Made by a program: the position numbers and the translations under genes. Below are positions 11,203-26,270 of a stretch of 64,000 nt of DNA, one piece after another. The DNA is from Octopus vulgaris (taxonomy: Eukaryota). The notes below the pieces were generated by a model. It searched no databases, was not told the origin of the DNA, and was given only the letters and a program-made list of their open reading frames with translations. Within the stretch, counting starts at the first letter, position 1, and every line of letters starts with the position of its first letter. The stretch is taken from positions 11,098,001-11,162,000 of the forward strand of contig OX597828.1 in NCBI GenBank assembly GCA_951406725.2, given 5' to 3'.

Positions 11203-13829
11203 TTTTTAGTCTCTTGATATTATATGCATTAGGACAACCCTTTAAAAGAAGAAACAGCCAAATCTCTATCATACCGTTTTATACTAACTAAAAAATGTTC
11301 CATTGCATTATATAATGTTAGATGCCCTATAGCTAAAAAAAACAGGGGGGGCTTGATAGTTACTGCTGGTATGTTTTAGTAAATATTAATTTCTAATTCT
11401 GGTGCATGACCAGTAATGTATGGGTGGACGTCAGTCGATTACATGCATCACAATACTTGACTGGAATCTTTTATTCACTCCGGATCGATGAAAGCAGAGT
11501 TGGGGCCGGCTGGATTTGAATTTAGAAGGTAAAGAGACAAAAGAAAATAATACTGCCTTTCAATAAAACCACAATTTTTCTCTACGTTTGCCTTCTGATT
11601 TTTTCTTTCTTTTTGCCATTTCTGTTCTACAGTCTTTAAGTAAACATAGACGTTATCACTAACGCTAAACCTGATCATGAACCGTACCTGTTAATTCTAA
11701 TTTAAACGGGAATTTTCGCCCTAAATATTATCCCCTGTTAACCCCTTTGCCCAAACTAAAAATAATTGAGGAATATACTCTGTTGATCCATCTGATCATC
11801 GATAGATGATTCTTTCGGCCAATATGTCAGGTTAGGTGTCCCAACACTAAAACTATCCATGGTTTTATGCTTCTCGATGTTTCTTGAGCGGTCGAACATA
11901 TCTGTCGATATGCATGGACAGGCGCAGAGAAGTAAAGCATAAAAATTTAAGCCTTAGTACTACTAATTTTAATATTTAAGCAGATAGCATACTGTCAGTC
12001 ATTGGAGCATCAGTTGAAATACTTAATTGTACTCATTCTTGCATTCTGAGTTCAAAGTCAGACTGATTAAGTGTATCACCCAAGTAAACTGTGTTGGGAG
12101 GGAACGAACTGAGAACGCGCCGAGACGGAGCAAATACTGTAAGAGTATCCAATGCTTTTGTTTATAATTCTGCCAATTCTATGCCAAGGATTGGTTCATT
12201 ACTTTCAAAAGACAAAACGCGTGCTTCACTTCAATGATAGAATGTGTCATATAAAACATCTTCTACTCTTAGCGTTTTTGAGAAAAGTTTATATCTACGA
12301 GGTTATTTCGTGTTAAAGTTGTCGTATTTCGGTAATTTCAACCAATCAATGACATATATTCAGCTGAATAAAATTACTGCCATTGTTTGTCAACAACAAA
12401 TAACGGAGGTGTATATTTCGTTTGTCACTGTTATTTATGACATATTTCATCTCACTTACGTTGGTATGAATAAACGAGTTATCTAAAGCATGTTTACTCC
12501 ATGGCACCACCATAATCGTACTTTTTTTAACAGCGTAGCACTTCAACCTAAAATTGTGGCTTCAACCGAATATCGAAACCGGTTTACTGTCTGTGTTCGC
12601 TAGAGGTTCCCTTTAATCTTCCAAAGTATTTATTTAGTTCGTCAGTCAAGAAGCCCGATGACAAGAGAAAAATCGAGCATTTTTTTTTCTTTTTGGACAA
12701 AAATCCTCAGTAAAATGTCTTTTTCTGATGTTTTGTAACTAATTGGGAGAAAGTTATAGTCAGTCTGATACCATATATCACCTGAAATACACATACATAT
12801 AGTCATGTATGTATGTATGTATGTATGTATGTATGTATGTATGTATGTACGTATGTATGTATGTATGTATGTATGTATGTTCCCTATATTAAGTAGCTCA
12901 ATTATAAAAGATCACTCTCAGATATCAAGTCTCAACAGACATAATACAACTGTTCTTTCTCATCTACATCATTGAATTCACAATAGGCTTGTCTAATATT
13001 AGATTTTTTTCCTTGAAAATAGTACGTCTATCCTTTCTTTTAGTCTGTATTAAATTATTTTGTCACGCCACAGAAACTTTTCTCATCTCCGCCCCTCTTT
13101 CACTCAATGCCTCTCTTCACTTGCATACATCAACACATATACACCAACACATATGTACACCTTAATACACACAGGGATACAGAGTGGTATGCGTACACGA
13201 TTATTTTACTTGTCTGGTATCCATCTTTTTATTTTCTTATATTCTTTTTATATTTTACTTTAGCAGTATTTCTTGTAAGTTCCTCTCCAGCGTCAGATGA
13301 CAGCTTCGAATATTCTGTTCTTTCTTCTATGCAAAAAGACATCTCTAAGAAAAATTGTTCCGTCGTGACGTTACCATTTTTAAAAATGCTTTCCCTTGTG
13401 TTCTCCTAACAAACCACAATTTTTCTTTGTTTGTCTTCTGATTTTTTTTTTCTTTTTGCCATTTCTGTTCTTCAGTCTTTAACGTTATTTGTTATTATCG
13501 TGTACGTTTTCTTTGCTTTTTTTTTTATCATGTTTTCACTACTTTTATTTCGACCATTTTTGATTTAATGCTATTGGGACGATGAAGCACAATAAAAATG
13601 AACCAACAATAACAGCGAATGAATAGTATATTCGATGGACTGATAAATGGGTTGATGGATCAATCGATCAGTGATTTATTGATGAATGCTTTGGCAAATA
13701 GAGCAACAAACAGGCTGCAAGCAAATAAACTGAATGATTAGCAAATGGAGAGGAAATTGGGAGGACAATCGAATGATGTTGGACAGGCGATTAGATGGAC
13801 ACTTCATGAGACAGACGGGCAGAGAGAAT

Positions 13830-14282
<453 letters not shown>

Positions 14283-15446
14283 TTGAAATTTGAAGCTGAG
14301 AGCAGAGGGGGATCTGGAATGACAAAGATAAATAGATAGACAAAACACTTGAAAATATTGTCTATTATTACAGTGAGAAAAGAAAAAAAATGCAAATGAA
14401 AGGTGAGGATGATCTGGCGAATGACCCAAGGGATATGCCTAAAGACTAGTAAAATGACGGACGGACTGCCAAACCAACAGAAAAAAAAAACAGACGTGCA
14501 AACCGAAAGAGCAAAGATGGACCGGTGGAGGGCGGGCGACAGTGAGAGATGAATTGTTGCGAAGTTAGAAAAATACATGGACTAAAAAAAAATATGAAAA
14601 GATGTATTACAAATACAAAACAAAAGAGCAAGAAATTGAGTGAATTGATGATTAAATCTTTTGAGAAGACAAATTAAAATTGATATGAAAACAAACGCGA
14701 GTGATGGCAAAATTGGTTATAATCCGTGCCATGTAAATGAGAAAAATCAGCTGTATTATTCTGGACGGTTTATTTTCAGAATACATACTGAATAATGCAG
14801 ACGATGATTTTGTTGGTGAGAGGAGAAAGAATAAGAAAGGGAGAGAAAGAGAGAGAAAGAGACGTAAAGACAGAGAGAGGTGGAGGCAAACAAAATGAAG
14901 AAGAAAAATGGCGAAAGACAAAAGGAAGAGAGCTAGGACCAGAGATGTTTGGTGTGGTTTAAGATGGTGTCGTGAGATGTGGTAGGGAGATACAGAGAGT
15001 GAAATGAATAAATAAATTTCAAAATTGAAAATTATAGACAAAAAAAAATATGGAAGAAGGGAGTATTCTACAGAAAATATAAAGAAAATGATATAGAAGA
15101 ATAAGAATATCATTTCATAATAAAAGAAAACAAGAAACACGATAGGTAAGGGATGGAAAAATAAACGAATTTTTTCCTTAAAAATATGAAATGTATGATA
15201 CAGAATAAAGGGAAGTTTATGAGTAAACTTTACATTGTCACCGGAAGTGTAAAATTTTCTGAAGTTTCTTTCGACGCGCACACACACAAACACAAACCTC
15301 TTTATTTGATTTTATATTCTACTTTATTTTTTCATGTTGTTTACATTTTTTCTCTCTTTTTTTCAATTTTAAAATTGTTTTATTTTTCTTGTTTGTTATT
15401 TATTCTCATTTTGTCTTTATTTTATTTTCTTCGTTTAGTACCACAA

Positions 15447-15449
<3 letters not shown>

Positions 15450-15501
<52 letters not shown>

Positions 15502-15755
15502 TCCTCTGTTACTCCATAATGTCTACAATTCTGATCCCTTATATTTACATCTCTTACATACTGCATCCCATCCTCCAATACTTGTGTGTGCACGCGCGAA
15601 CGTGTATGTGCATATTTGCATTATGTGTGTGCGTGTGTGAATACATACATATATACATTCATACAAACAGATTCTCATACACACGTATATATATATATAT
15701 ATATATATATATTTCTATATATTTCTTTCTTCTTTGATCACCTCTGTTTTTTGTC

Positions 15756-15796
<41 letters not shown>

Positions 15797-16542
15797 ACAC
15801 ACACACATACACACAAGCATACACACAAGCACATACATAATTTCACTCCATATTACCGCTAATTTCCTCCTCACCCTCCCTTTACTCACTATTATCCTTC
15901 TCTGTCTCTTTTCTCCCTATCACTCTTTCCCTTTTTGTATTACTCTCTTACTCTATCTTCCACCCGCGCTTTCTTTCCCTCTCTTTCCCTCCCACTCTCG
16001 CACACACACACACACGTATTATTATCATATTCCCCCTTCCCTCTCACCATATTCACATCTTACCTCACACCTCCCTCTTCCTTTCTCTCTGGTTTTCTCA
16101 CGCTCTCCTACATGCAAGCGTCTAATTACCCTCCTCCTTTCACTCAATACATCTCTCTCTCTCTCACTCCCATTCCTTCTCTCCTGCATCCTCAGTCTAT
16201 CTCTCCCCCACTTCTCTCTTATTCTCTCAATTCCTCTCCCTGATTCCCTCTAATAAACTCTCACTCTCTCTCCTTTTCTCACTCCCTCACGCCTTCCAGC
16301 ATTCACTTCTCACTTACCTACTCCCATCATTCTACCCAACACTCTCTCTTTTTCTCTCTCACTCTTTCTCTCTCTCCTTCCCTCTCTCTCACATACACAC
16401 ACGCGCACACACACACATACATTCTTTTTCCCATACACTCATTATCTTTCTCTTCTGATACACACACATTCTGTCTCCCATACACTCACTCACTCACACT
16501 GACTTACTCTCACTCTTTCCCTCTGTCTATCTACCTATTTAC

Positions 16543-16618
<76 letters not shown>

Positions 16619-16649
16619 TTGTATGTCTGTCTATCTATATATCTGTCTG

Positions 16650-16705
<56 letters not shown>

Positions 16706-16763
16706 CCTATCTATCTATCTATCTAACTATCTATCTAACTATCTATCTGATTGTCTCTTTGTA

Positions 16764-16816
<53 letters not shown>

Positions 16817-16978
16817 GTCTGTCTGTCTATCTATCTATCTAACTATCTATCTATCTATCTATCTATCTGTCTGTCTATCTATCTATTTGTCTGTCTGCCT
16901 ATCTATTGATCTACCTATCTATCTATTGATCTATCTATCGATCGATCTATCTATCTATCATCTATCTATCGATCTATA

Positions 16979-17014
<36 letters not shown>

Positions 17015-17472
17015 AGTCTGTCTGTCTATCTGTTTGTCTCTCTGTCTCTCCTCTCCGCTCTTCCTGTTACTATTCCTTGCGTTTGTCACTTACAAGTCAA
17101 TATCGAATAATTAGAATGATTTCTCTACGTCTTCTTCGCAACAACATATAATATTCTGCTTACCAGACATTCGTTGAATTAAACATTACTGGTATTGAAA
17201 AGCAACACAACGTGATTTAACTCGTTAAGCAATGTTTTCAGCAACACAGCCATTGTTTCCAAACTTTTTGTTTCCTGTCCACCAAACTCAAATTTATTGA
17301 AATACGTGTCTTTTTTAAAAACTTCATTGAAAATTTACATTTCACAATCGAACACACATATTCATACAAACACTCTGACGGACGCTCCAGCACGTCTGCA
17401 TACATACATACAGACATACATACGTACGGACACACACACACAGACACACACACACAGACACACATACATATG

Positions 17473-17521
<49 letters not shown>

Positions 17522-17575
17522 GTTTGTATGTGTTTATACATTGCATGTATATACATATGTAAACGTATGTGTATG

Positions 17576-17617
<42 letters not shown>

Positions 17618-17650
17618 TGGTGGTGTGAGTGTGTGTGCGTACATATATAA

Positions 17651-17684
<34 letters not shown>

Positions 17685-18756
17685 GAGTGTGTGTGTGTAT
17701 GTATATATATATATTATGTATGCATGTGTACACATGTGTATCAATGTATATGTGTGTGTGTCTATATGTGTATACGTAAATATGAATATCTGTTTTACAT
17801 ACATACATACATATATGTGTGTGTGTGTGCGCGCGCGTATATATGTACGCTCGCGTACTTTCTGTTTGTGTTTATGTGTATGTATATATGTATTTGTAAT
17901 ATCCACTTTGTGTGTGTCTGTTACATACACATTTATGCTTCGCACACACATAGATACACACACACACACACACAAACACATTGACACACACATACACACA
18001 CGCACACACACACACACACACAAACACATTGACACACACATACACACACACGTTTGTGTATATGAACACTTTGCCAGAGTACGTGTGGTATGTCTCTTAA
18101 CTCTAAGCTTATCTGAACCAAACAAACTCACCCCCTCCAGCATTACCGTTCCTCCATCCCCAACACACACACATTGACACACACACTCACACACACAAAC
18201 ACAAACACACATAAATAAACAAACGTATACACATAACCACAGAAATATGCACACACATATATAATAAATACACAGGCAGATATCCATACGAAAGTTTGAA
18301 TTTCTATACGCGTATAAATGTTTTATTTGTATGTGAGTTGTGTCACTTGAACTCTGGGACGAATGTTAGTGATTGTTGTTGCTTGTATGTTTTTATTGTA
18401 TTTGATTCTATTTTGTATTTATTTGTATTATTTATATTTGTTTATTGTTTGTACTATCGATATTATTGTTGTTGTTTCACTAGGGTGTGTATATAATTTA
18501 TTTACATTCCTTCTTCATAAAGGACATTCTCTTAAGTTTCTTACCGCTGCAGCTGGTGATGCTGCTGCTACTGCTGCTGCTGCTGCTGCTGCTAGTGATT
18601 GTGTTATTGTTATTATTGTTTTTGTTGTTTTTGTTGTTGTTGTTGTTATTGTTTTGGCTGCATATATTATTGATAAGATAAATGCGTTAACGAATTGTTT
18701 ATCGCAAAGGGAAACAATTATCTATTTGAGAGTGTGTGTGTGTAAATGTGTGTGTA

Positions 18757-18841
<85 letters not shown>

Positions 18842-19115
18842 GTATACAGGATTATGTTCAAATATTACATATATATATAGATATACATATTCATAGATAG
18901 ACTGATAGATAGATAGATACATACATACATACATATATATATATATATACATATATATACCCAGACATATATATTGTAAGACATACGCACACATTACGCA
19001 TACACAGACACATCCACCAACAACCACCCCTTCCAACTCATGCACACGTGTATTAACATTCACACATATGTATACAGATCGGCATACGCATATGCATAAA
19101 TATAAACGTATACGT

Positions 19116-19164
<49 letters not shown>

Positions 19165-19760
19165 CATATATTTAAATATATATATATATATACTCACACA
19201 CACACACACACACATACACAGATAGATATATATATATATATGTTCGTGCACAGCTGAATTATACATCATTATTCAGTTATTTCGAGTCGGTCTAATCACA
19301 ATGCATATGCTAATAATAGCATTAGATACAGGTTCCAGACAATTAGAGACAATTCTTAAACAATAACAAAGGCTCATATACAGTGTTTGTTTGGGCAAAA
19401 TCATGTCTGAAGATGAGTGTATTTCTATGTGTATATAGTGTTTTTTATGTAAGCATGTTTGTATGCATATATTTGCATGTTCCTCTGTGTATATATATGT
19501 TTGGATATATATACGTTTCTGTCTGTACATATGCTTGTATAAATATTTGTAAATATTTATGCATCTGTGCGTATTTGTATATCTCTGTATGTGTGCATAT
19601 GTGTATATGTGTATTTGCGTGTGTTTCTACGTATATTTGTACATATACGTTTGCATGTATATATACCTGTATGTATGCATATGTGTCTCTTTGTAAGCAT
19701 GTTAATATCTATGTACGTTGATATATATGTGAGTATATATGTATGTATACACGTTTCTAT
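15450..19760. repeat. Extended low-complexity region: pyrimidine tract, (TCTA)n, (TA)n, (CA)n, (GCT)n/(GTT)n
   Basis: Directly visible; accounts for the long ORFs here, including the 349-aa ORF at 17238-18287. Confidence 0.92.
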
Positions 19761-19927
19761 GCATGTGTGTATGTCTGCAAACTTGCATGTTATTCTTGTG
19801 TTTTATAATTGTTTATGTTGGGGGTTTTTTCTGTTGCAAATTTACACCACAAGAGAAAGATCTGGTCTCTAATCTATATACAAATCTCTTTCATTGGAAT
19901 TTAAACAACTTTCCCGGTATAATTGCT

Positions 19928-19973
<46 letters not shown>

Positions 19974-20157
19974 ATCTGTTTAGGTATGGAATTTTTTGTG
20001 TGTTTATGTAGGAATTCATCCATATATTAAAAAATGTATGTATTTATGTATCTTCATACGCTTGTATATACACTAACATGACAGATATTGTATATGGTGC
20101 TATCCCTGTTTTAACCTTTTCATGCATCATATACATATGTTTGTAAATCAACTTTTG

Positions 20158-20196
<39 letters not shown>

Positions 20197-20349
20197 TTTA
20201 TTACGGTCTAAACTTCTAGAATATTTCACATATTTTCACAATTTCATTAGCGTAACAATGATTTCCTAATTAGCCTTGTTCTATCTGATTTTTATGAAAA
20301 TCAAGTACTTAAGTCTAGTTTTGAGATAATTATTTACATATTCAGTTGG

Positions 20350-22200
20350 CATAATATTCGAAGGTATAAATCTGGAGGTTGTCGTATCTACAGCGGTTTC
20401 GTCATTTCGGCATAGATGTGTTCTTATTCAATTTATCTCAGCTACATTAACGTCTTTGTCCCAGAACCGTATGTCAGGCCTGTTTTTCTTTAATTTGACT
20501 GAGTGTTTAACAGGAGTATTCCACCCGCATTCTTTCATATAAGCAAGCCCTCCACATCCTTATAAACTATGATAATGTTATTTTCAAGACTGTTCTGTCT
20601 ACAGTCTGTAGTTTATAATGTTTCGACCGTGACAATGCTTCATAGGTACATAACATCGGTATATCTCATAGGTAGTCAGCAGACGCTAACATAATATTAA
20701 GATAATTCTAAAAACGATTCACAGTTGTTATCGTAATGAAAATACTGCAGATATTTAGTGGTAAGAAACTTTCAACAGACTTGAACATGTCTTGAGCGTA
20801 TGAATTCCCTTAGAAAATTGTTTCGGCTCTTAACTTCGTACACTTTCAGGGGAAACAAATTCTGCTCTTCAGCTTTCTTGCAGATATTCAAACTTATACC
20901 AACAAATATAATCAAGCAACTGATTATGATGTGTTAATTCCACGCTTGTTGCATACAGGTGTTTTTCCTTCGTGCTGGAAAGAGCAATTATTTTCTGCTT
21001 CTGTATTGTAAAAGTACACATTTCAAGGCGACAGTTAATGTACTGCTTGAAAGTCTGAGGTAAACTATTTTGGTTGTCCATTTTTCTTACAGTGGAGATT
21101 TCTGACACCACGGTCGTGCATGATCTGTTGATGGCTAAGCTAACTTTCATCTGTTAATTTGTTGTGTTAGAGCTCTGCAACTTCCTTAAGATCATATCTT
21201 TCCTTCATAGTTTGGGAATATATTCCACTAAAAGATTTTCAACTCCTAAGGGGCCTTCGATGCATAATGTTATCTTCTTCATATTTCCAGACTTCATTCA
21301 TGGCGTAAAATTCTCTATGCACAATATTTTATGGTTGTGGATAAAGAAGACTGTGGGAACAAATTTAGCAATTTTTGGCAAAATACGTACCCTTTTGCCA
21401 AGTTATAACAAAAAATTAGCGAAATATTTTAAATGTTTACTGTTGAATAGATAGATAAATATAACAAAATAATTTGACAAAAAATATGAATTTTTTATTA
21501 TTTTCTGGGATTTTACAAAAACAATAAAAATATTATTAAAAAAAAAAAAAAAATTTTAATTTTATTTTATGATTTTTATGATTTCGTGTCAACGCTGACT
21601 TCAACTGCCATCTTTGAAATATATTTATTTAAAATACAACGTTAATATAAAGTCTAAAAAAATCATCTGTTGCAGTGAATAATTATATACGATTCGCAAA
21701 CCACACAAATTTTGATGTAAGCGTGACAAAGTGATTTATCCAAATTTCATCAAACAGTTTTATCAACTGCTGCTATAGTGGCCCGGCTAATGAGCAACGA
21801 GAGTTTCGAAACTAACAACAGATATTTATGAAGGTTTAAAAATCGTCACAGAATACGTAATAAAATAATGCAGTAAATATAATGATATTTACTGCGTTGT
21901 CTGTAGATTTGAAACCGTATCACCTCCAGTGAGATATATGTATTAATTAGTCGTGATAAAGAGATTTGTCCCTTAATGATTCTATAGCTATATCATCCTC
22001 GTTATCGACCTTCAAAATAGTGCTGCCCCCGTAGCTCCGCGTATGAGAGAAGAGAATTTCGAAACTAGAGACGGATATTAATGAAGATTTTTAAAAATGA
22101 TCACGAGATGGATAATAAAACATTTATCTGATTATATGATGTTTAGCGCGTTTTCTATAATTTCGTTAACGTACATCATGTTCATCGTAGAGTGTGCATT
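20350..22200 (+). mobile_element. Heavily decayed Penelope-like element (RT remnant plus tandem pLTR-like repeats)
   Basis: ORF 21164-21454 contains HSLGI..KRFS and IKKTVGTNLA, weakly like the Penelope RT motifs IPH.LGI and IKGTAMGT.LA. Downstream, two diverged direct repeats 253 bp apart each carry a decayed hammerhead core. Boundaries are approximate. Confidence 0.4.
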
Positions 22201-22467
22201 AATTAGTAGATTTTAAACCATTTCACGACGCATTTTCCTCTGATTATCACTTGTCTTATATCTTGCAATAATGTATCTCTAATTAACGGTTATATAACTA
22301 TTTCGTATCACATTTGTCTATAATTAACGGTGGTCTAACTATTTTACATAAATTTTGTCTCTAATTATCAGTGGGGGGTTTATTTCCTATCATATTTGTC
22401 TTCAATTATAATTACAGACAAATTATCAATTGTCTATTTCAGATTGATTTCTTCTATAATTATCATA

Positions 22468-22527
<60 letters not shown>

Positions 22528-22528
22528 G

Positions 22529-22588
<60 letters not shown>

Positions 22589-23726
22589 GAGAGAGGGAGA
22601 AAGAAAGAGAGGGAGAAACACCTACACATATATGTATATAAACATATATGCCTACGTAATATTGTATATGCGTATATAAATCGATATATTTATACATCTA
22701 TATATATAATTTGATACCTGCTGTATATAATTATGTATATAGCCATATATAAACTCTGTGTGTGTGTGCGTGTGTGCGTGTGCATGTTTGTATGCATGCA
22801 TGTGTGTATGTATATATATGAGACAAAAAGTGGCAGAGGAGAGCGTGAGATAGAATCTTATAATGGTAGACACGATTGTTCAAGAGGCATCTTAACACAT
22901 ATTCTCTGAATATAGGCTTACATCCAATGAAATAGTTGTTCATATATAAAGATTCGAGATTGCCACGACTGGAACGCCTTCATTGTTTTATTCTATCATA
23001 TCTCGTTTGGACTTCACAACTACGAATTTTACAGGGAACCAACAGAGGAACAATCTCTGTGCTTCCCCATATATTTTTATCTGTCCATAAACCAGCTTCT
23101 CCCTCTGTCGCTCACCGTCTCTCTCCTCTTTTCTCTACCTCTCTCTCCCGTTTACCCCCATTCTCTCTCTCTCTCTCTCTTTTTCTTCCATTCCCCTCTC
23201 TCTTTCTTTTTCTCTGTCTCAGTATCTCACTATCCGTCTGTTTATCAGTCTGTCTATACGGCTGTTTGACTATTTACCTCACTCGCTGTTTCTAGCTCCA
23301 CACTCATGATTCTATCTCTCTCTTTCTCCCTTCATCTCTTTCCCTCAAAACACGTATACATAGACAGAAAGAGACAGAAATTGAACAGGTGAGTTAGAGA
23401 GAGATTTTCAGCTCCTGATAAAATTTATTCTTCAAAAAACAACAAAACACGAAAACAATTAAATCTCTTTACTCTTACCTACATATCAAGCTACCTAGCA
23501 AATGATATCTACCACCCAATTCGGCCACAGTGAAATTGGACTTCAGCGAGCAAAGCGCCAAAAGATATACGGCAACTCAACCATCCCAACGTCATCCTGT
23601 TTCTGCTAGGCCATCGCCTTTAAGTGGTTCAGTGTTTATCGAACGCAGAAGGATGAAAGGCAAAGGTGCTGGTGGATTTTTAACTCACAACACAAGAAGC
23701 GAGAAGAAATAGGAATGAATAAAGCA

Positions 23727-24726
23727 TAAACAGTCTTGCAGGTAAATTGAGACCAATTTTAAGCAGTTGACTTAGTGGGTTTGACATTTCAGTATGTGAC
23801 AAAACCTTGCTTGCTTGAAAATTTAATGCTCCACTTTATATTTCAGGTAAATAGCGAACCGATTAGGCAACAGAAAGTAAAGTTACAACAGAATCGTTCT
23901 GCCATTGATATTTTGGCGCCCATTGGGCACATTGTCAATAAAATCGTTGAGTTGACGAAACTTCCAAAAGCAACAGTTTATCGTGTGTATAAGCAGTTTA
24001 AAGAAGAGGGAAAGATTGATAGAAAACAGAACACAAGACTTGAAGTGTTTCCAAGCGCAATCCGAAGTTTCCCGCTGCATACAACCCTTCTGACCTCCCC
24101 AATGTATTTGAGACTAAGAATCCTGCTTCTGCGATGGTATTTGGAACTGTGGCGAATCGTTGAAGTGTCATGGATCCACACTTTATTGAGTCTGGCTTGA
24201 AAATCGACAGAAAGGTGTATTTGAACATCCTGAAGAACTCTCTGTTACATTGGGTGGAGCAAAAGTTAGGGTTTGAAAATGTGGTGCTTATCCAGGATTC
24301 TGCACCACGTCATGGGTCAAAAGCAACACAAGATTTCCTTGGTGAGAAGGTGCCATTTTTTTTTTTTTTGTGAGGGCCAACATCTTGTCTAGTTATAGCC
24401 CAGACCTCAACCTTCGCAATTACTTTTTATGGGACATACTTCAAGCAAAGACCAATGCTTCACCACACGCGAGAGTCAACAGTTTGAAGGCCTGTATCGT
24501 GCGTGCGACACGCAAAATCAAAATCGCGGAGGTTGCGGCAGGTGTAACCAAATTTCGTTCTCGTTTGGGGCAGTAATTGCCCAAAAGGATCCATATTGCG
24601 TGATAAATATTTTCATGGCAATAAATGTTACATTAAAATTATATCTGCCTACTATCATTACTTTAGAATTTATAACTAGTTTTATGCATCGTAAAAATTG
24701 TCTCAATTTATCGGCAAGACCCTGTA
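23727..24726 (+). mobile_element. maT-type (DD37D) Tc1/mariner transposon relic, internally deleted
   Basis: Right TIR aaaaattgtctcaatttatcggcaagaccctg+TA and a degenerate left TIR. HTH-like LPKATVYRVYKQFKEEG, then QDSAPRH...YSPDLNLRNYFLW. The spacing is 37 residues if the poly-T run at 24356-24369 is read as two Phe codons. Confidence 0.85.
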
Positions 24727-25032
24727 CATTTTGTGCTTGGTTCTAACGACTTTCCTATTTCTTCAACTTTCGTACATCAACATATAGATATATATGTGCG
24801 GAGATATATATATGTGTATGTGTACGTGCGCATGGTGTATGAGTGTATCTGTGTCTCTGTTTACACCAATTTAGAAACGGTGCAGCACATCTTCATACCT
24901 ATATGTCTTGTATCTTAGGCAAGTAGAGATAGAAAAATAAGTACCTGAACGAAATAATAAAATTACACGGGAACATATGATTCAGTAAATCCCCTGATGG
25001 CTGTGCACTTTAAGTGCAATGAGTGTAGCAAG

Positions 25033-25081
<49 letters not shown>

Positions 25082-25306
25082 TATATATGCGTGTGTGTAT
25101 GTATGGTGGGGGTGAGAGACCGTGTTACGAAAACGAGATAGACTTCAATATCGTTGGAATTAGAGGACTACATTTATTCAATGATACACTGTTTCTCACA
25201 GGGCTTAGGACAGGTGGAGAAATAAGGCGATGAGCGTATCTTCGATACAGAAACTTGAAGAGTTGTATGTGAGTCTCCATAAATGAATCATCCAATACAT
25301 GCATGC

Positions 25307-25356
<50 letters not shown>

Positions 25357-25390
25357 GCATACATACATACATACATACATACAAACAGAC

Positions 25391-25461
<71 letters not shown>

Positions 25462-25959
25462 AACAATTTTAGTGTATGCATTTTATTGTCACTTATGTAT
25501 CGCTTGTTTACTGTGCTGTATCTTACGCCTGTTTAATACTTAAAATTAACTCTAAATTGTGTGTTATACTTGAAGATATCTAAAGCAACGGGACCTGTTC
25601 TCGCATTTTCTTCAATGCCCACTTCATGAATATATCAGGATTGGTCATTACTTTACATTTTATAGCGCCTTATTTTACTTTAACTTCATGTAATCATCTC
25701 TATTTTATCTTCCTCCTTTGTTACAACTTCCATTCATTATTCCGTCTTGCATTTAAAACTACCTGACAGCAACGTTTAAATTAACCTGTTTTTAAACTAG
25801 TCTTTCTTTATTAGCAATTTTATTAAGACATCTCTAAACTGCAGTTAAAATTGTTCGTCTTTTTTTCTTCCATTTCTCTCAAGTCAGCTGGTTATCTTAA
25901 AACATTTATGATTTAATCTCATTCTTGTTCTTCTATACACTTTCCTTAATAATAATGAT

Positions 25960-26270
25960 CCTTTCGACTATTGTCACAAACTGAAATTTCTGGGAATTAC
26001 ATCGACCCTTGGGCTCAACTGCTACTTGCTTCATCGATCCCGAAAGGATGAAAGGCCAAGTCGACCGCGGGGAAATTTGAGTTCAGAACGTAAAGATAGA
26101 CGACATGCCGCTAAGCATTTTGTCCGGGTTGCTAACGATTGTGCCAGTTTTTTGTTAATGATTTTAAATTTTGACGCGGGACCTGGCAAGGGAGGGATAA
26201 GTAGATTACATCGACTCTCAGTGCTCAACTAGTACTTATTTTATCGACCCCGGAAGGATAAAAGGCAACG
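25960..26270 (-). mobile_element. Two adjacent family-B SINE fragments
   Basis: cgaaaggatgaaaggccaagtcgacc...gaaatttgagttcagaacgtaaag, and gattacatcgac...tacttattttatcgaccccggaaggata. Confidence 0.8.

Noticed and set aside
20350-21400. Minus-strand Tc1-like transposase (PPDLY resembling SPDLN)
   Set aside because: No coherent DDE motifs or TIRs. A plus-strand Penelope-like reading fits better, though it is also weak.
25227-25260. Hammerhead-like gcgatga-gc-gtatc ttc gatac-a-gaaa
   Set aside because: The core is mutated and stems I and III do not pair.
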